From the human T2T-CHM13v2.0 reference genome, Homo sapiens, in assembly GCF_009914755.1 (NCBI RefSeq), contig NC_060937.1: 64,000 bases of DNA. One strand, written 5' to 3'. Under the pieces are notes generated by a model. That model had not been told where the DNA came from, searched no databases, and worked only from the letters and a program-made list of their open reading frames with translations. The position numbers were made by a program, and so were the translations under genes. Shown here piece by piece: positions 1 to 12,199 of the stretch (its first letter is position 1; each line of letters starts with the position of its first letter).

Positions 1-534
1 TTAACTTTTGAGTTAATACTTTTTCAAATTAATTTTTTTCTCTTCAAAATGCATCACACTACTTAACTCACTTGAAGGACTGGCAGAGCCATCAACCAAT
101 GTCATGAGGGAAAAAGCCTTGTCATTTTAAGGTATTAAACAGACAATGAAATCTGCCACAATTTTGGTATTTCTTGTCCATGAGAACATAATAAATTAAT
201 GGAGTTTTTTCTTTTGCTTTTTTCTAAGCAACAAAGTTTTATGATATCATGAATGAAAAGGTCCTTAATTACCTTTTGGTCTACATGTCAAGGACTTCTC
301 CCTCATAAAACCAGTAGTAATCACAACAAAAGGAATTAACCATAAAAAGAGGTATTAAAAATGTATACTTGATTTTTAAATGCAAGCATATTATTTCTTT
401 ACATTAAAATTTTTAGATTTAAAAAGTGTTTCTGGAAGCTCAATCTAGAAAAGAAAGATTTAATTCTTAACACCCAGTAGGGCAAAACAAATCAGACAGA
501 AATGATATATGAATGTAAATGCAATTTTATTTAC

Positions 535-654
535 CACTTTTGTGCTCCAAATGGCACTGCCAGGAAGCTGCCTGGGTTTAAAAATTTCCCGACCTTCTGA
601 AATGTCTGAGGACAAGGAAGGTGGGCTCACAGTATTATGGGTACTCCAGGCCTC
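535..654 (-). pseudogene. KMT2CP5: Duplicated KMT2C (MLL3) internal exon, part of an unprocessed partial KMT2C pseudogene that continues left of the window
   Basis: Minus strand reads ...tcctag|GAG GCC TGG AGT ACC...AAA GTG|gtaa. The 120-nt exon translates EAWSTHNTVSPPSLSSDISEGREIFKPRQLPGSAIWSTKV, against recalled KMT2C GAWSTHNTVSPPSWSPDISEGREIFKPRQLPGSAIWSIKV. It is too short for the ORF track. Parent identity is confident; the locus number is inferred from neighbours. Confidence 0.88.
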
Positions 655-1899
655 CTAGGATATGGCAGTTGAGAAAATAGATGTGTAAAACTCAGCAACA
701 TAAACGGTCAAAGCCAGCAACTAAGGAATTTTAGAACAGCAAAAACAAATGCAAAAGTATGGAAATTTAGGACAAATTGCTTCAAGGAAGGCAAAATAAG
801 CTAATCACTAACAGTGATTTAAACATTTAAGTATAACTTAAGTAACTTAAATGTTTGCTGCTACAGAGACATCACTACAATGAAATATTAAAAATTAAGG
901 TTTATATGACATCAACATTGACTCATGAACTGCAATTACTGCACCAAAAAGTAAATAAAAGTCAATGACACTTTAAGAATTAACACTAGAAAAAAGTATT
1001 GGGGGGTTATTTTTCTTCTACCAACTATCAATCTACTTAAAAGGAGAAATGGATAACCATAAGGAATTCTATATTCTATAGCTATAAACAACCAAAACCA
1101 GTAGGCCAAAGAATGCAATGAGAAACATAAGCAATCGATAAATGCATAAACTTTAAACTGTAGAGAGCTGGTAACATTAAAATGCAAATACCATTATAAT
1201 CTTAGCATTTAATCACTCTTTCTTCAGTGACCATTAGTTGTCGGTTTGGTTTCGGTTTTTACTTAGGGAAATGAATACTTTATGGAAATTACATCCAATG
1301 GACAAAAGTGAAGAAACGTTAAAGCAAATTGTCCTAAATTTGCAAATTAAAATGCCTAAAGTACCTGATAAATTATATAGAAATTAGTATCTTATTAAAA
1401 TCTATATAACTAAAACTAAAGCATTTTACTTCCAAACAACCACATTCAGCAATACCCTGAACTAATCTGAAGATGCTAAACAGCATAAAGAAAAATGTTT
1501 ACTCCACAAAGATAACATTTTAAAGAAAAACAAGACAAATGTCAAACAATAAAAGAATATATTTTGAATTAGGTAATTCAATGGTGCATGCATAATTTTG
1601 CCAATCAAGTAACCAAAACTTAAGACAAGGTACATAGTACTTACCAGGTTTCTAGAATATCATCAAATTAACAAGTACTATCTCATTAATCACATAAAAA
1701 TACCACCAGGAATTAAAATAACCAGAAATAAGAATGTGACTACTCTTGGGGTAAGAGATAGGTAATGGAATAACAGTATTTTGGAAAAGCCACACAAGCA
1801 ATAGACTGGTTTAATTTTTAAGTCACAAACTCAACCCACACACATTGAAGTCCAGCAATCCAACTCATTCTCTCCAGCAAACACTTTATTTTTCTCCCT

Positions 1900-3000
1900 C
1901 CAGGATTACCCTCAGGTGTTCTTTCTTACCCATCAAATCTCTAACCTAGCTCAGGTAATCACTAGGCTGATTTCACTGAGCAGCAACCACTGCAGGTCAG
2001 TTACCTCACTTTCATAATTTCCAATCAACTTGAATCTGTACCTATGTCTTCTTCCCTACTATTAGTAGGGAGGTGTTGTCAAAAGCCATTTCTCTTTTCT
2101 CATTTTACTCATGCTCCTGACATCTGGCATACGGTTCTACTGGATTTGGCAGCAGTCCACCTGTGGATATTTCACTGCCTTCCTCGCTAATCTTTCTTCA
2201 TCTCCTGTACGTGTTCTTCCTCTATTTGACTTCCAAAGCCCTGGAGTTTCCCAGGGCTTGAGCCTAGATCCTAAATGGTGTTATCTACAATGAGGGCATC
2301 TTGGAAGTTGATGCTTCCCACATTCTTATTTCTAGTTTTAATCAAAGATCTCCAAATTAGCAGGATTTTCAACTTCCTTCTTAGCATTTCCATTTTCTCA
2401 CACAAAACCCCTCTTAATTTTGCCATGTTTAAAATTTCTCCCTTAACCGGTTTCATCCCAGTCTTCCCCATCCTTATAAATGGCATCCAGTCCCTTGTCA
2501 CTCTCCTCTGCTCCTTCAGTCCTCTCCCCCAACACTTCGTCAATGCAAATCATCAGCAAATTCAAGACTTTTTATCTTCAAGTTTTGTCTCCGATCCTTC
2601 TACTTCTTGTCACTTCCACCACTAGCAGCACACTCGTGGCCACCACCATCTCTCACCTAACCTGCTACAAGAGTCTACTGCTGGTTATGCTTCTCTCACC
2701 CTGCATCTACTCAAGCCTTTCCCCACAGCAGCCAGAGGAACTTTTCAAAAGTACAAATGTGATCAAGCAAGTCACTATTCTATTTCAAACCTTCAATTGC
2801 TTCTCAGAGCACTTAAAATACAAACCTTTCCCAGTGCCTTTCTCCAACTCATCTTGTGGCACTTGTCTCCCCGCTGCTGTGCTCCCGCTATTCTGGCTTC
2901 CTTGCTGTCCTTCAAACATGCCAAGCTCTGTATCAATCAGAGCCCAGCTGACTCAGAACACTTCACTATACCATTCCGGCCCTTCAATAAATGTCTGGCA
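1900..3000. mobile_element. Degraded L2-like LINE fragments
   Basis: Pyrimidine-rich motifs typical of L2 (cccagtcttccccatc...aatggcatc, ccacagcagccagag...ttttcaaaa, ccttcaataaatgtctgg). Boundaries are approximate. Confidence 0.5.
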
Positions 3001-3307
3001 TTTTCTTTCTTTCTTTCTTTTTTTGAGATGGAGTCTCACTCTGTCACCCAGGCTAGAGTGTGGTGGTGTGATCTCGGCTCACTGCAACCTTTGCCTCCCA
3101 GGTTCAAGCAATTTTCCTGCCTCAAGCCTCCTGAGTAGCTGGGATTACAGGCATGCACCACCACGCCCGGCTAATTTTTGTATTTTTAGTAGAGAAAGGT
3201 TGTCTCCAAGTTGCTCAGGCTGGTCTCCAACCCCTGACCTCAAGTGATCTGCCCACCTTAGCCTCCCAAAGTGCTGGGATTACAGGTGTGAACCACTGCG
3301 CCAGGCC
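3001..3307 (-). mobile_element. Alu (AluS-like), full length
   Basis: Poly-T, then gagatggagtctcactctgtcacccaggct...cccaaagtgctgggattacaggtgtgaaccactgcgccaggcc. Confidence 0.95.
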
Positions 3308-3739
3308 AATATTATTTTTTTAAGAAAATACTAATAAAAAGAAACAATTGATATTAAATAAAATTTAACTATTGACTATAAATATATGTTTCAAGAGATT
3401 TGAGTGAAAATACCATTCTATGTTAAAATAAAAAATATGACATTCGATAAATATAGTAATAACATGTTCTCAAAGGTTCAAGGGGCTAAAGCTAATGAGA
3501 AAAAGTTAAATATAAACATCTTACAATTTACCTAATTACTTGAAATAGAAACTTATGTTCATTCCTGTATTTCTCCATTTTTCCAATTTCTAATGTCTAC
3601 TTCTTTCCATTTTGTATTTTCTTGTATTGAGGCAATTTAAAGAGGATATGCCAGGTCTTCAGAAAGCCAAGAACTGAACATAAGCACTCTGGAACCTATC
3701 TGAACTTAATTTTGTCCAAGATTTTTTTAATGGTTGAAA

Positions 3740-4042
3740 ATTGGCTCAACTGGGGATACTAAGAGGAAACATCAGGGGCAAAGGGGATTTGGGTTAAACA
3801 GATCGAACAGGATTCTTACTGAAGGCAGGCCAGACTGATCAGAAATCATCTGGAGGGTGGTGGGAGATAACAAATTTGATCAGATGTCAAAGGTGATCAG
3901 TACTGAGAGTAGGGGATTCTTTGCAAGTTTCTTACTAAACCTGAGAGATGTGGGCCAGACTAGGATGAACACTGAAGGCTGGGGCTGAGAGGAGGCTTAG
4001 AGGATCCTGACTAGAGTTTGGGCAAGGGGAGAGGCTTTGTCA
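3740..4042 (-). mobile_element. ERV1 solo-LTR fragment, MER31-like
   Basis: Ends ...cctgactagagtttgggcaaggggagaggctttgtca, the reverse complement of the recalled MER31 start TGACAAAGAC...CAAACTCTAGTCAGG. Left boundary is approximate. Confidence 0.6.
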
Positions 4043-5269
4043 ATGCAAACATGAATTCAACAATATTACCAAGTACAGATGCATGCACATAAAAATACTG
4101 AAAGGAAATATAAGAAAATCTTTAAAAATTTTTATGGCTTATTTATTTTATGTAATTTAAATATATGTATATATAAAATTAAGGTGTACTTTGAACACAT
4201 ACTAACACATTCAAAGAATTAAGTATACGTTTGATAATACATAATAGTTACAAAATAAGCAAGGTCTTCATGCAAACGAGTTTAGAATTTCCAGGGTGTA
4301 TTACTTAGCATTTGATTAACAGGCCTGTAACTTCTTCTGCTTCCCATTCATTGCCCATTTTATTAAAAATTCCTCAAGTGGATGCATTGGAATGGAAGAA
4401 ACACTGACTCTTTCCTTCAAAGAAGGAAACAACAAACCTTGTTTGACAACCCTGGTCAAACAAGACAAGGACCAAGTGGCCAGTGGTAAGGAAAGTTGGT
4501 CAAACTAATGAATGACATTTTAGATTAAAAGTGAATTTTATTTAACCCAATTATTCTTATCCTATGCACACAAATTTGAATTTAAGTTAGCTTGATGTAG
4601 ATGGTCACCCCATTCCAAAGCATGGGTCCAAATACCCTAAGGTTCCAGGAGGAGCCAGCTTTCTTCAGAAGGTGGCAAGTGCATTGCAAAGTACTGAGGA
4701 AAACTTTCTTTAAAGTATCTTTTTTCATCATTCCATATTTTGCTCCTTATAATTGCAACTGCTCTCCTTATACATGTCTCTTTTGAAACTTCTCACTTGT
4801 CTAAGGTGCTATTGTTCCTCCTCATCTTTTTTTTTTTTTTTTAATAGCATAGTCTCTCTCCCTCCTTGCCATGCTGAAAAGGCTTCTGACTTGCTGTTCT
4901 TGCCAGGAAACATTTCTGCAGGGCGTATTGGAGTGGAACTACTTACAGAGTGTCAGGGCAAGTCCTTACATTTGTTTATGCTTAGGACACAACACAGAAG
5001 ATAATTTTCTAAGTTAAAGATTGTATGATTTTATCTTGACTTCAGAAACTGGTCATACTTTTTTACTTTAGTTTCTAAGAACCTCAGAGCTGAACTTGAA
5101 ACAACTTTAATAATTCCAATGAGGCATTTGTTATTTATCCTTTTTAAAAAAGACTTTTCTAATTTAAATCATTTTATTATTGCTCTAAATTTGCCAGGTT
5201 CATTTTAGAATTTTATAAACTGTTTTAAAACTAATTTACATTAAGTTGGAATAAAGTTAACCAAATTAA

Positions 5270-5512
5270 TACAAACATATTTTATTGCACTTCTCTTTAT
5301 TGTGCTTCACAGATAGGAACATTTTTTCTTTTATTTACAAATGAGATGTTTGTGACAACCCTGGTGAAGCAAGTCTATTGGTGCCATTTAACAAACAGCC
5401 TTTGCTCACTTTGTGTCTTGGTTTCACACTTTGGTAATCTTCACAATTTTTAAAATATTTCCTTATTATTATATTTGTTACGGTGATCTGTGATCAGTGA
5501 TCATTAATGTTA
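5270..5512 (+). mobile_element. Tigger1 DNA transposon, 5' end fragment
   Basis: ttttattgcacttctctttattgtgcttcacagata...gcaagtctattggtgccattt...gtgatctgtgatcagtgatc matches the recalled Tigger1 left end. Confidence 0.85.
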
Positions 5513-5604
5513 TGGGAGGCGGAGTTTGCAGTGAGCAGAGATCACGCCAGTGCACTCCAACCTGGGCAACAGAGTGAGACTCCATCTAAACAAAAAAAAA
5601 AAAA
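5513..5604 (+). mobile_element. Alu 3' fragment with A-tail
   Basis: gggaggcggagtttgcagtgagcagagatcacgccagtgcactccaacctgggcaacagagtgagactccatct followed by poly-A. Confidence 0.9.
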
Positions 5605-8192
5605 GGAGTTTTTATATGTAGGGTACAAAATACTATCTGACCTTAAGGTGTGTGCAAATTTTTCTGAATTAATTAAGACTTAAATATCAACAGGAGTGAT
5701 TGTTTTTGTTACAATCACCAGGTGGGTGATCTGATACTTTCCCCTGAAAAATGCATATACAAAATTTTCACATAATTTAAAAACATCCACAGATACATAG
5801 CTATGGATTCAGTTTATGGATCAAGAATTCAACTCCTCAGAAGTAAAAGATTACATGAGAAAGTATCTGATATTGAGGTGACAAGGAATAATGTTGAAAT
5901 GTATCTCATTAAAAAGTGCAGACAGTTGTGGCTAAGACATTGGGTATTACAGAGGTGCATCCATGTGTCCAGTGAGAAGACTTTAAGAATCTGTTTGGGA
6001 ATAATGAGAACATGAGCATTCCCCTCCCTACCTCTAGCACTCCCCTCCTGCTATTTGGATATTGTGAATTTACCAAACACAGTGATTTAGGTCACTTTTA
6101 TTATTTCAGAAATTCCAGATACCTTACTACTTATATAAAATAGCCCTTGAAAGGATGCTTACCATTAAATAATGTCTAATACAAAGAAAAGACAAATGTA
6201 TGTGATCTGTAGTGCATAGTTATAATACAATCTGAATACTACATTTAAATTTTTTACTCCACTTTCCAAGAAATAAAGCATTGATTCTAAATATATTCTC
6301 TATTTGTCAAAACAAATAGAAACTACCTAGTGTTTCATTTATAAAAGAAATTAATTAATGGTGTCTCTAAGTTAATTTTTTATTTCTTTTCCCCATATCA
6401 TTTTTATATTATATAAGAGAGCATATTTTTCTACTCTACCCTGGAATTAATAAACAAAAAATAAGGTATGATATTTAACCCAGGGCTACCACATTTTTTT
6501 CAGTGTATTTAGTAGGTTCTCCTAAATCTGGAAAAGAAAACTTCAAATATAAACACAACCAAACTAAAATAACACCTTTTTTCTTCTATTTACTTTATTT
6601 CTTGAACTCAGTGATGTAATATGTCTTCATCTGCCTCTGAGAATACACTTAAAACTACAGAAGCAAATTAACATTTTCCCAATTCACATGTAGTGCAATA
6701 TTTAAGATTTCATCTAATTGAACACGTGTTGGATCAAATTTATAATACTAAAAGCACTCTTCTACATACTGCAATGTCTAGATGGAAGACAAGCTAGTCA
6801 GGTGGCAGAGTGAACATCATTCTGGTAGGCCTTTTCAAGCTGTCACTTGCAAGATGTTTGGACTGCTGAGAATGTTAGCCATAATTAATTGCAGAGATAG
6901 GAGGCTGCAAATGGGTGAGGTAATGTTCAAATGCATGGAATGATGACTAGTCATAGTAAAAGATAATAGATGTGGCCACATTGCTTTGAGAAAATTTAGA
7001 GAATATTTTGGGTCACAATGATACATTTCTGCGTTATTTGTGGAATGTTTTCAATGTAATTACATCACACAGGTAGACTTCCAGATCCTGTGTCTAACTT
7101 ACTTTCCTTGGCTCTGTGGGAGAACACATATTCTAATGAAGTTCATTTTAAGGCAAATATTTCTTGAAAACACAAAACTGATAGATATATGTATGCAGGT
7201 TTCTTTCTTATACGTCTTTTATAAACAATGAAGTTGTATTTCTCCTTTAGTGTTTAATGTGTTTCATCAGATAATGCCCTAGAAGTTTTATCAAATTTTT
7301 CTGTCCACCATTTGAAGGTGTATGAGAGGGAAAAAATGCAGTCTGCCTGCTTCACTAACAAAAGTAGGACAAAGGCCATCACAACTGAAATACGTGAAAC
7401 ACTTGGTTTTATTAATTTCAAGCATTTTATATCTCTACACTTGGACTCGAGTAAAGACATTTCATAGAAAAACAGAAATATTTTTATTTGTTTATTTTTT
7501 AATCTTGATAACCTGCAATAGTTTACAGCCAGAATGGCAGCTTTTATATATGTACACTCATTTAAATACAGTTTCATACAGTAAATAGCCATGGGGCAAA
7601 ATATCTGCCTCTAGGCACAAAAAAAATCTTTGCCACTAAATAAACACCTTTAAGTGATACTGCAAAGAATAGATGTGAGGTAATTTTTTACCTAAATGAC
7701 TCTGGCCTGTATTAAGACATATTCACTGTAACAATTCAAGTTTTAAAATCCTTGTTTTGTAACTCAAAAATATACCTTTTTTACAAAACACATCTTTACA
7801 TTTATTGCTATTGTACATTTATTTGGCAGGAAACAGGGATGTTTGATGTCTTGCAATGATAAAGCAATCGTATTCAATAGAAAATTGTCTCACATTCTGC
7901 ATGACTTTTGAACATTCGAAAAGACAATTACATAAGTGAAAAACAAATTTGTAGATATTTGAGTACAACCATTTAATATATGAATAAAAGCAGTTCAGAA
8001 CATTTTAATGTACGCTGCATTTTCTGATAGTAAGATTTTAAGTTAAAATAAGATTATACTTCAAAAAGCGTACCATTTTGAAAAAAAATCATATCACTCC
8101 TGGCAATGCCATTTTCATACTAGTCCAACATATTGCTTATCCATCTGTGTTTGTTTGATTTTACTGTTATTACATTCATGGTAATGCTAAAG

Positions 8193-8198
<6 letters not shown>

Positions 8199-8223
<25 letters not shown>
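8199..8223. repeat. (CA)n microsatellite
   Basis: Direct reading of a cacaca run. Confidence 0.9.
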
Positions 8224-8269
8224 CTAAGGTGTGCAGGCTTTCATCCAAGCTTACTGGTATTAATTAAAA

Positions 8270-8682
8270 AATCAACCAGAGGTAGGGAAAAATAAAACTT
8301 ATTCAAAAATACTATTGCAATAGGGAGAATATTCCAAACTCAATCTACAGGTGTCTCAGGATCAAACAGGAAAAGGCTTTCCTTTTCTAGGGAAGGACAA
8401 GCAGGGCTGGCAGAAGCCTCCTTGGAGAGAAGGACAGGCAGTGGGGTGAGCAGGTGGCAAAACCAGGATGCTCCAATAAAAATAGTTTCTCTGGGAGTCC
8501 CGCTCATTTTTGGAGTGAGCTGTTAGCGGGCTGGTCAGTCCTTTAGTGCTTGTTCAGTCTTAGGTGGTGAGCCAAGGTCCAGGGGCCTGAGGAGAGGAGA
8601 CAAGACTGTCTGAAGTTTGATAAAATCAAGTCAATGGGTAGTTATGAGTAACTGTGAGCAATTGGTCAGCTTTGGGCTCAGC
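8270..8682 (-). mobile_element. Old ERV1-class solo LTR (MER31/MER67/MER90-type; subfamily uncertain)
   Basis: Contains the motif actattgcaatagggagaa seen in this LTR group; about 400 bp long. Confidence 0.45.
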
Positions 8683-8944
8683 ACACACCCCACCTTATGT
8701 TGTTTACCACAAACAAAACTTGTCCCTAAAAATTTTTAGGAATGGCATCAGACATAGCGAAGGTTTGCAAACTGATTTTCAGGGTTGGGCTGGTCTTCAT
8801 GTGTTTGTTAACCTTGAGGACTAGGTATATCATTTGTTAAGTGTGTTATTGGACTGACAGCTGCTCTCTATGAAAAGTAGAATAATCATTGAATATAATA
8901 AAAAGAATAATTATTGAAGGTTGGATAAAGAGGTCCGTGGAGCA

Positions 8945-9528
8945 ATGGGCGAGTACGCTGGTGCCACACGCTCCTCGCCTTCTGCTGCCTGCAACTGGTG
9001 GCAGCGCTGGAGCAGCAGATCTTTGACTTCCAGGGCCACCTACCAGTGAGCTCCCACCCTAGCCAATTTCCTGCGCCTCGTGGCGCTCACCCTGGGCATC
9101 GTGGGCACCGCAGTGTGGCTGACGCTCCGGGCTGGCCTGAGTGCGTTTATCACCTGCTTCTACCCGAAGGCTGGACCCAATATCCCCAGACCGCGACTTC
9201 CCCACAGCGTCCAAATGCCCCTGTACCGATCCAGGGATGGAGAATCACCGGGCAGTGGGCGACTCGGGTCTGAACTTCCCCTGGCCATGGGGGGCTGCCG
9301 TGCAGTCTTGTCCCTGGCTGCCTGCTGCACTGTCCCTGCAAAGAAGCCCTCAGCAGCGCCCGCAGATCCTCCTGGCGCTGCTCCGCTTCCTGTTCGCCAG
9401 CTATGGGAGCAAAGTCTTCCTGAAGGAGGAGGCAGCTTTGACTTCATCAGCGGCTTCCACTCCTAGGGATGCCAGGAGCCCCAGAAGACGTCACGTTGAC
9501 ACCAGCAGCCTCTATGCGCTTCGGGTAG
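8945..9528 (+). pseudogene. NKAIN1P2: Processed pseudogene of NKAIN1 (Na+/K+-ATPase interacting protein 1), with probable 3'UTR remnant to about 10000
   Basis: Intronless, frameshifted pieces AFCCLQLVAALEQQIFDF / LANFL / LGIVGT / AFITCFY / QILLALLRFLFASYGSKVFLKEE / SFDFISGFHS are colinear with recalled NKAIN1. ATG at 8945 and native-position TAG at 9526-9528. It has several indels, an in-frame stop and a deletion of about 11 codons. Confidence 0.88.
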
Positions 9529-10094
9529 CCCTGCCCCACCTGCCCTGGCCCTGTGCCCTTGGCGCTGGACTGACCTCGGCAGCCGCGATCTTGGTCAGGA
9601 CCAGCGGGCACAGCCCTGGGGGCTCGGGACCCACTGCAGCCTGTGAAGGCCCCATGGCTCTGCACACAGAGAGGCGGAGCAGCAGACTTTGGGACTTGGC
9701 CCTTCACAACCAGGACTTCAGAGAGGAATGGGGCGGGTAAGGGAGGGGCCACGGAGTCCGCATTTTAAAAAATTTCAGACTTAGTGTGAGCTGGAGCTTT
9801 TCTCCCTTCTCCAGCCTCTTCCTTTCACCCTTCACCCAGCATCCCGCCCCTGTCCAGAGAGAAAGAGCAGGAGGGCTTGCCCTTTTTATCTCACCGCACT
9901 CACTGCCCAGCCTGAGGAAAGCCGGCGGAACTAGGGGCAGGAGTTCTGGTTTCTCATCGCAGGTCCATCAGACTCTGGGTGACAGCTAGCAGAGCCCTAG
10001 CCCTCTCGGTGCCTCAGTTTCCCCACCTTGCCATTAAAAGAGTCCCTTGGTAGGTGAGCTCTTCTAGCCTTCTCATATAACTCTGAATTCTGTG

Positions 10095-10215
10095 GGCTGG
10101 GGAGGGATTATAAATCCCATTTTGCAGATGTAGAAACTGAGGCCAAGAGAAGTGAAATGGTTTGCTTGAGGCCACACTGCTAGATTTTGGTGGAAGCAGG
10201 CCTTGAACGCAGCGG
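10095..10215 (+). mobile_element. MIR fragment
   Basis: atcccattttgcagatgtagaaactgaggcc...gaagtgaaatggtttgcttgaggccacac matches the MIR core. Confidence 0.7.
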
Positions 10216-10338
10216 ACTTTCTGTAGTTTCAGCCTCTAAAACCCAGTGTCCTCTCTGAGTTCCGTTTTCAGGCCCCTCACTACATTCACACATCACCGCT
10301 TGCCAAGACCTCTCCTCAACCACCATCTTATCAAAGGT

Positions 10339-10545
10339 GACAAGAGTCACCTTTGCTCCAGTTCCCAGCAAGTTCCTCATCTCCATCAGAGACTGCCTCA
10401 GCATGGATTTCATTGTCCATATCATTATCAGCATTTTGGTCAAAGCCATTCAACAAGTCTCTTGGAATTTCAAACTTTCCCACAGTTTCCTGTCTTCTGA
10501 GACCTGCAAATTGTTCAACCTCTGCCAGTTACCCAGCTCCAAAGT
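10339..10545 (-). mobile_element. THE1/MST (MaLR) internal-sequence fragment without LTR
   Basis: caagagtcacctttgctccagttcccagcaagttcctcatctccatcagagac...caaagccattcaacaagtctct...ttacccagctccaaagt matches recalled THE1-int. Confidence 0.8.
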
Positions 10546-10721
<176 letters not shown>

Positions 10722-12199
10722 TAATGGACCTGGGAGATCTTTAGGAATGAGGGAAATGATCATTTCTTTGAATAAGGCAGAATACTAAAGACTAGCCAGC
10801 CCTCAGGCTCATGGTGGTTGCTGCTGTTCTGTTGAACGTGAACCATAGCCTTTAGAAAGGAGCAAGTCTTTGTGGAATACACAGGATTTGAAGTGCAACA
10901 AAGGGGTGGAAACCCAGCTGACCATGATACCTTCAAGTGAGTTTTTCCACTGAATTTGATTATTTTCGCATTTGGCACTTCTTTCTGGGTTTTTTAAGCA
11001 GCCCAAAAACTCTAGGTGATTTTACTTTTGTAATTGTATTCTCTTGGGAATGCTCATTCCTGATTCCTCATTTCACCAGATAGGTGTGTAACCTTCTTGT
11101 TTCTGCCCATAATAATTCTGGAGTCTTTAAACAAAACGACTGTGACTTTTCATGATGAGTAGAAGATAGGTTTTACTCACGCTACAATCAATATTAATTC
11201 CTTGCAGTTCGAAGACACTGAGGCCCTGTCTAATAATATGGAAGTTGAACTTGGACTTGGGAGATGACTCCTGCCTCTCGTCCTCGCTGTGGCTCTGCTT
11301 TCTATTATTTTACTCATAAGCTTGTTTTGTCTCCTTGCTGAGAATTGTCAAACATGAAATGTAATTTCAGGCTATAGTGAAGAAAGATGACGTAGGCAGA
11401 AGAAATTGGCAATCATTTGGCCTGTACATGTTGCTTTTGGTTTTTTTTCTGGACTTAGGATGTAGACCACACCTTGACAGTTCTGGCCTTTGAGTCTTTC
11501 ACAACTGTGATTATAATACATTAGCTCTTCTAGAAGTTAGAAGTGACTTTGGATTAAGTCTTTCATAAGGTGGCTAAATGAATTTATATGGCTCATCACA
11601 ATTCACTTGATTGGTTAAGCAGGAAGTTTACAGAGATTTTTTTCTTTGCTGTAAATGTTTTTCTAAATTGAAAAACTTCTATTACTGTCTTCTGGAGTAC
11701 TAGAAATAAGTGCAAGTGATTGTTTTTGGCAGGAGGCCACATAAACATTTCTGCTTCTCTGTGCCTTATGGGTAGCATTGATATAAATTGTTAAAAATAA
11801 TGATTGTAGATAGATAATGTATCAGAGTTTGGGCTCAGCCGTGGTAGCTGCTGTTGACCCAGAGGGACCACTGGGATCCTCACATCTCAGGGCAGCACAT
11901 CGTTGGCAGCAATGGTTGGTTCTACGCAAACTTTTATGAAATTAGGTGAGGCCCTTGCTTAGAATTTTTTAAAAGCTTAATATGAGTTTATATCTCTTTA
12001 AATATCAGTTTCTAATATTTTTTAAAGGCCTATGTTTACAACAAATTTGGGAGATACCTATATGCACTACTAACTAGTGTTCTTTTGTGGTGCTTTAGAA
12101 ATTCTGGCTTACTTGTATTTTTGCTGGCCTTCTAATGATTTCACTCATCAATCAGAAGATATTTGTGTCCACCTCCCTGCTTCCTCTCCGGTGATCTTG

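Noticed and set aside
2480-3247. 255-aa ORF
   Set aside because: It runs through L2-like sequence into an antisense Alu ([19 protein letters not shown] is Alu translation); no gene features.
4590-4845. Segment next to a T run that might be a small retrocopy or exon
   Set aside because: The three minus-strand frames and the plus-strand ORFs gave no protein I recognise, and I found no TSD.
9141-9740. 199-aa ORF as a novel gene
   Set aside because: It is a GC-rich by-product of the frameshifted NKAIN1 retrocopy. Only short stretches are in the NKAIN1 frame, and it has no ATG at its annotated start.
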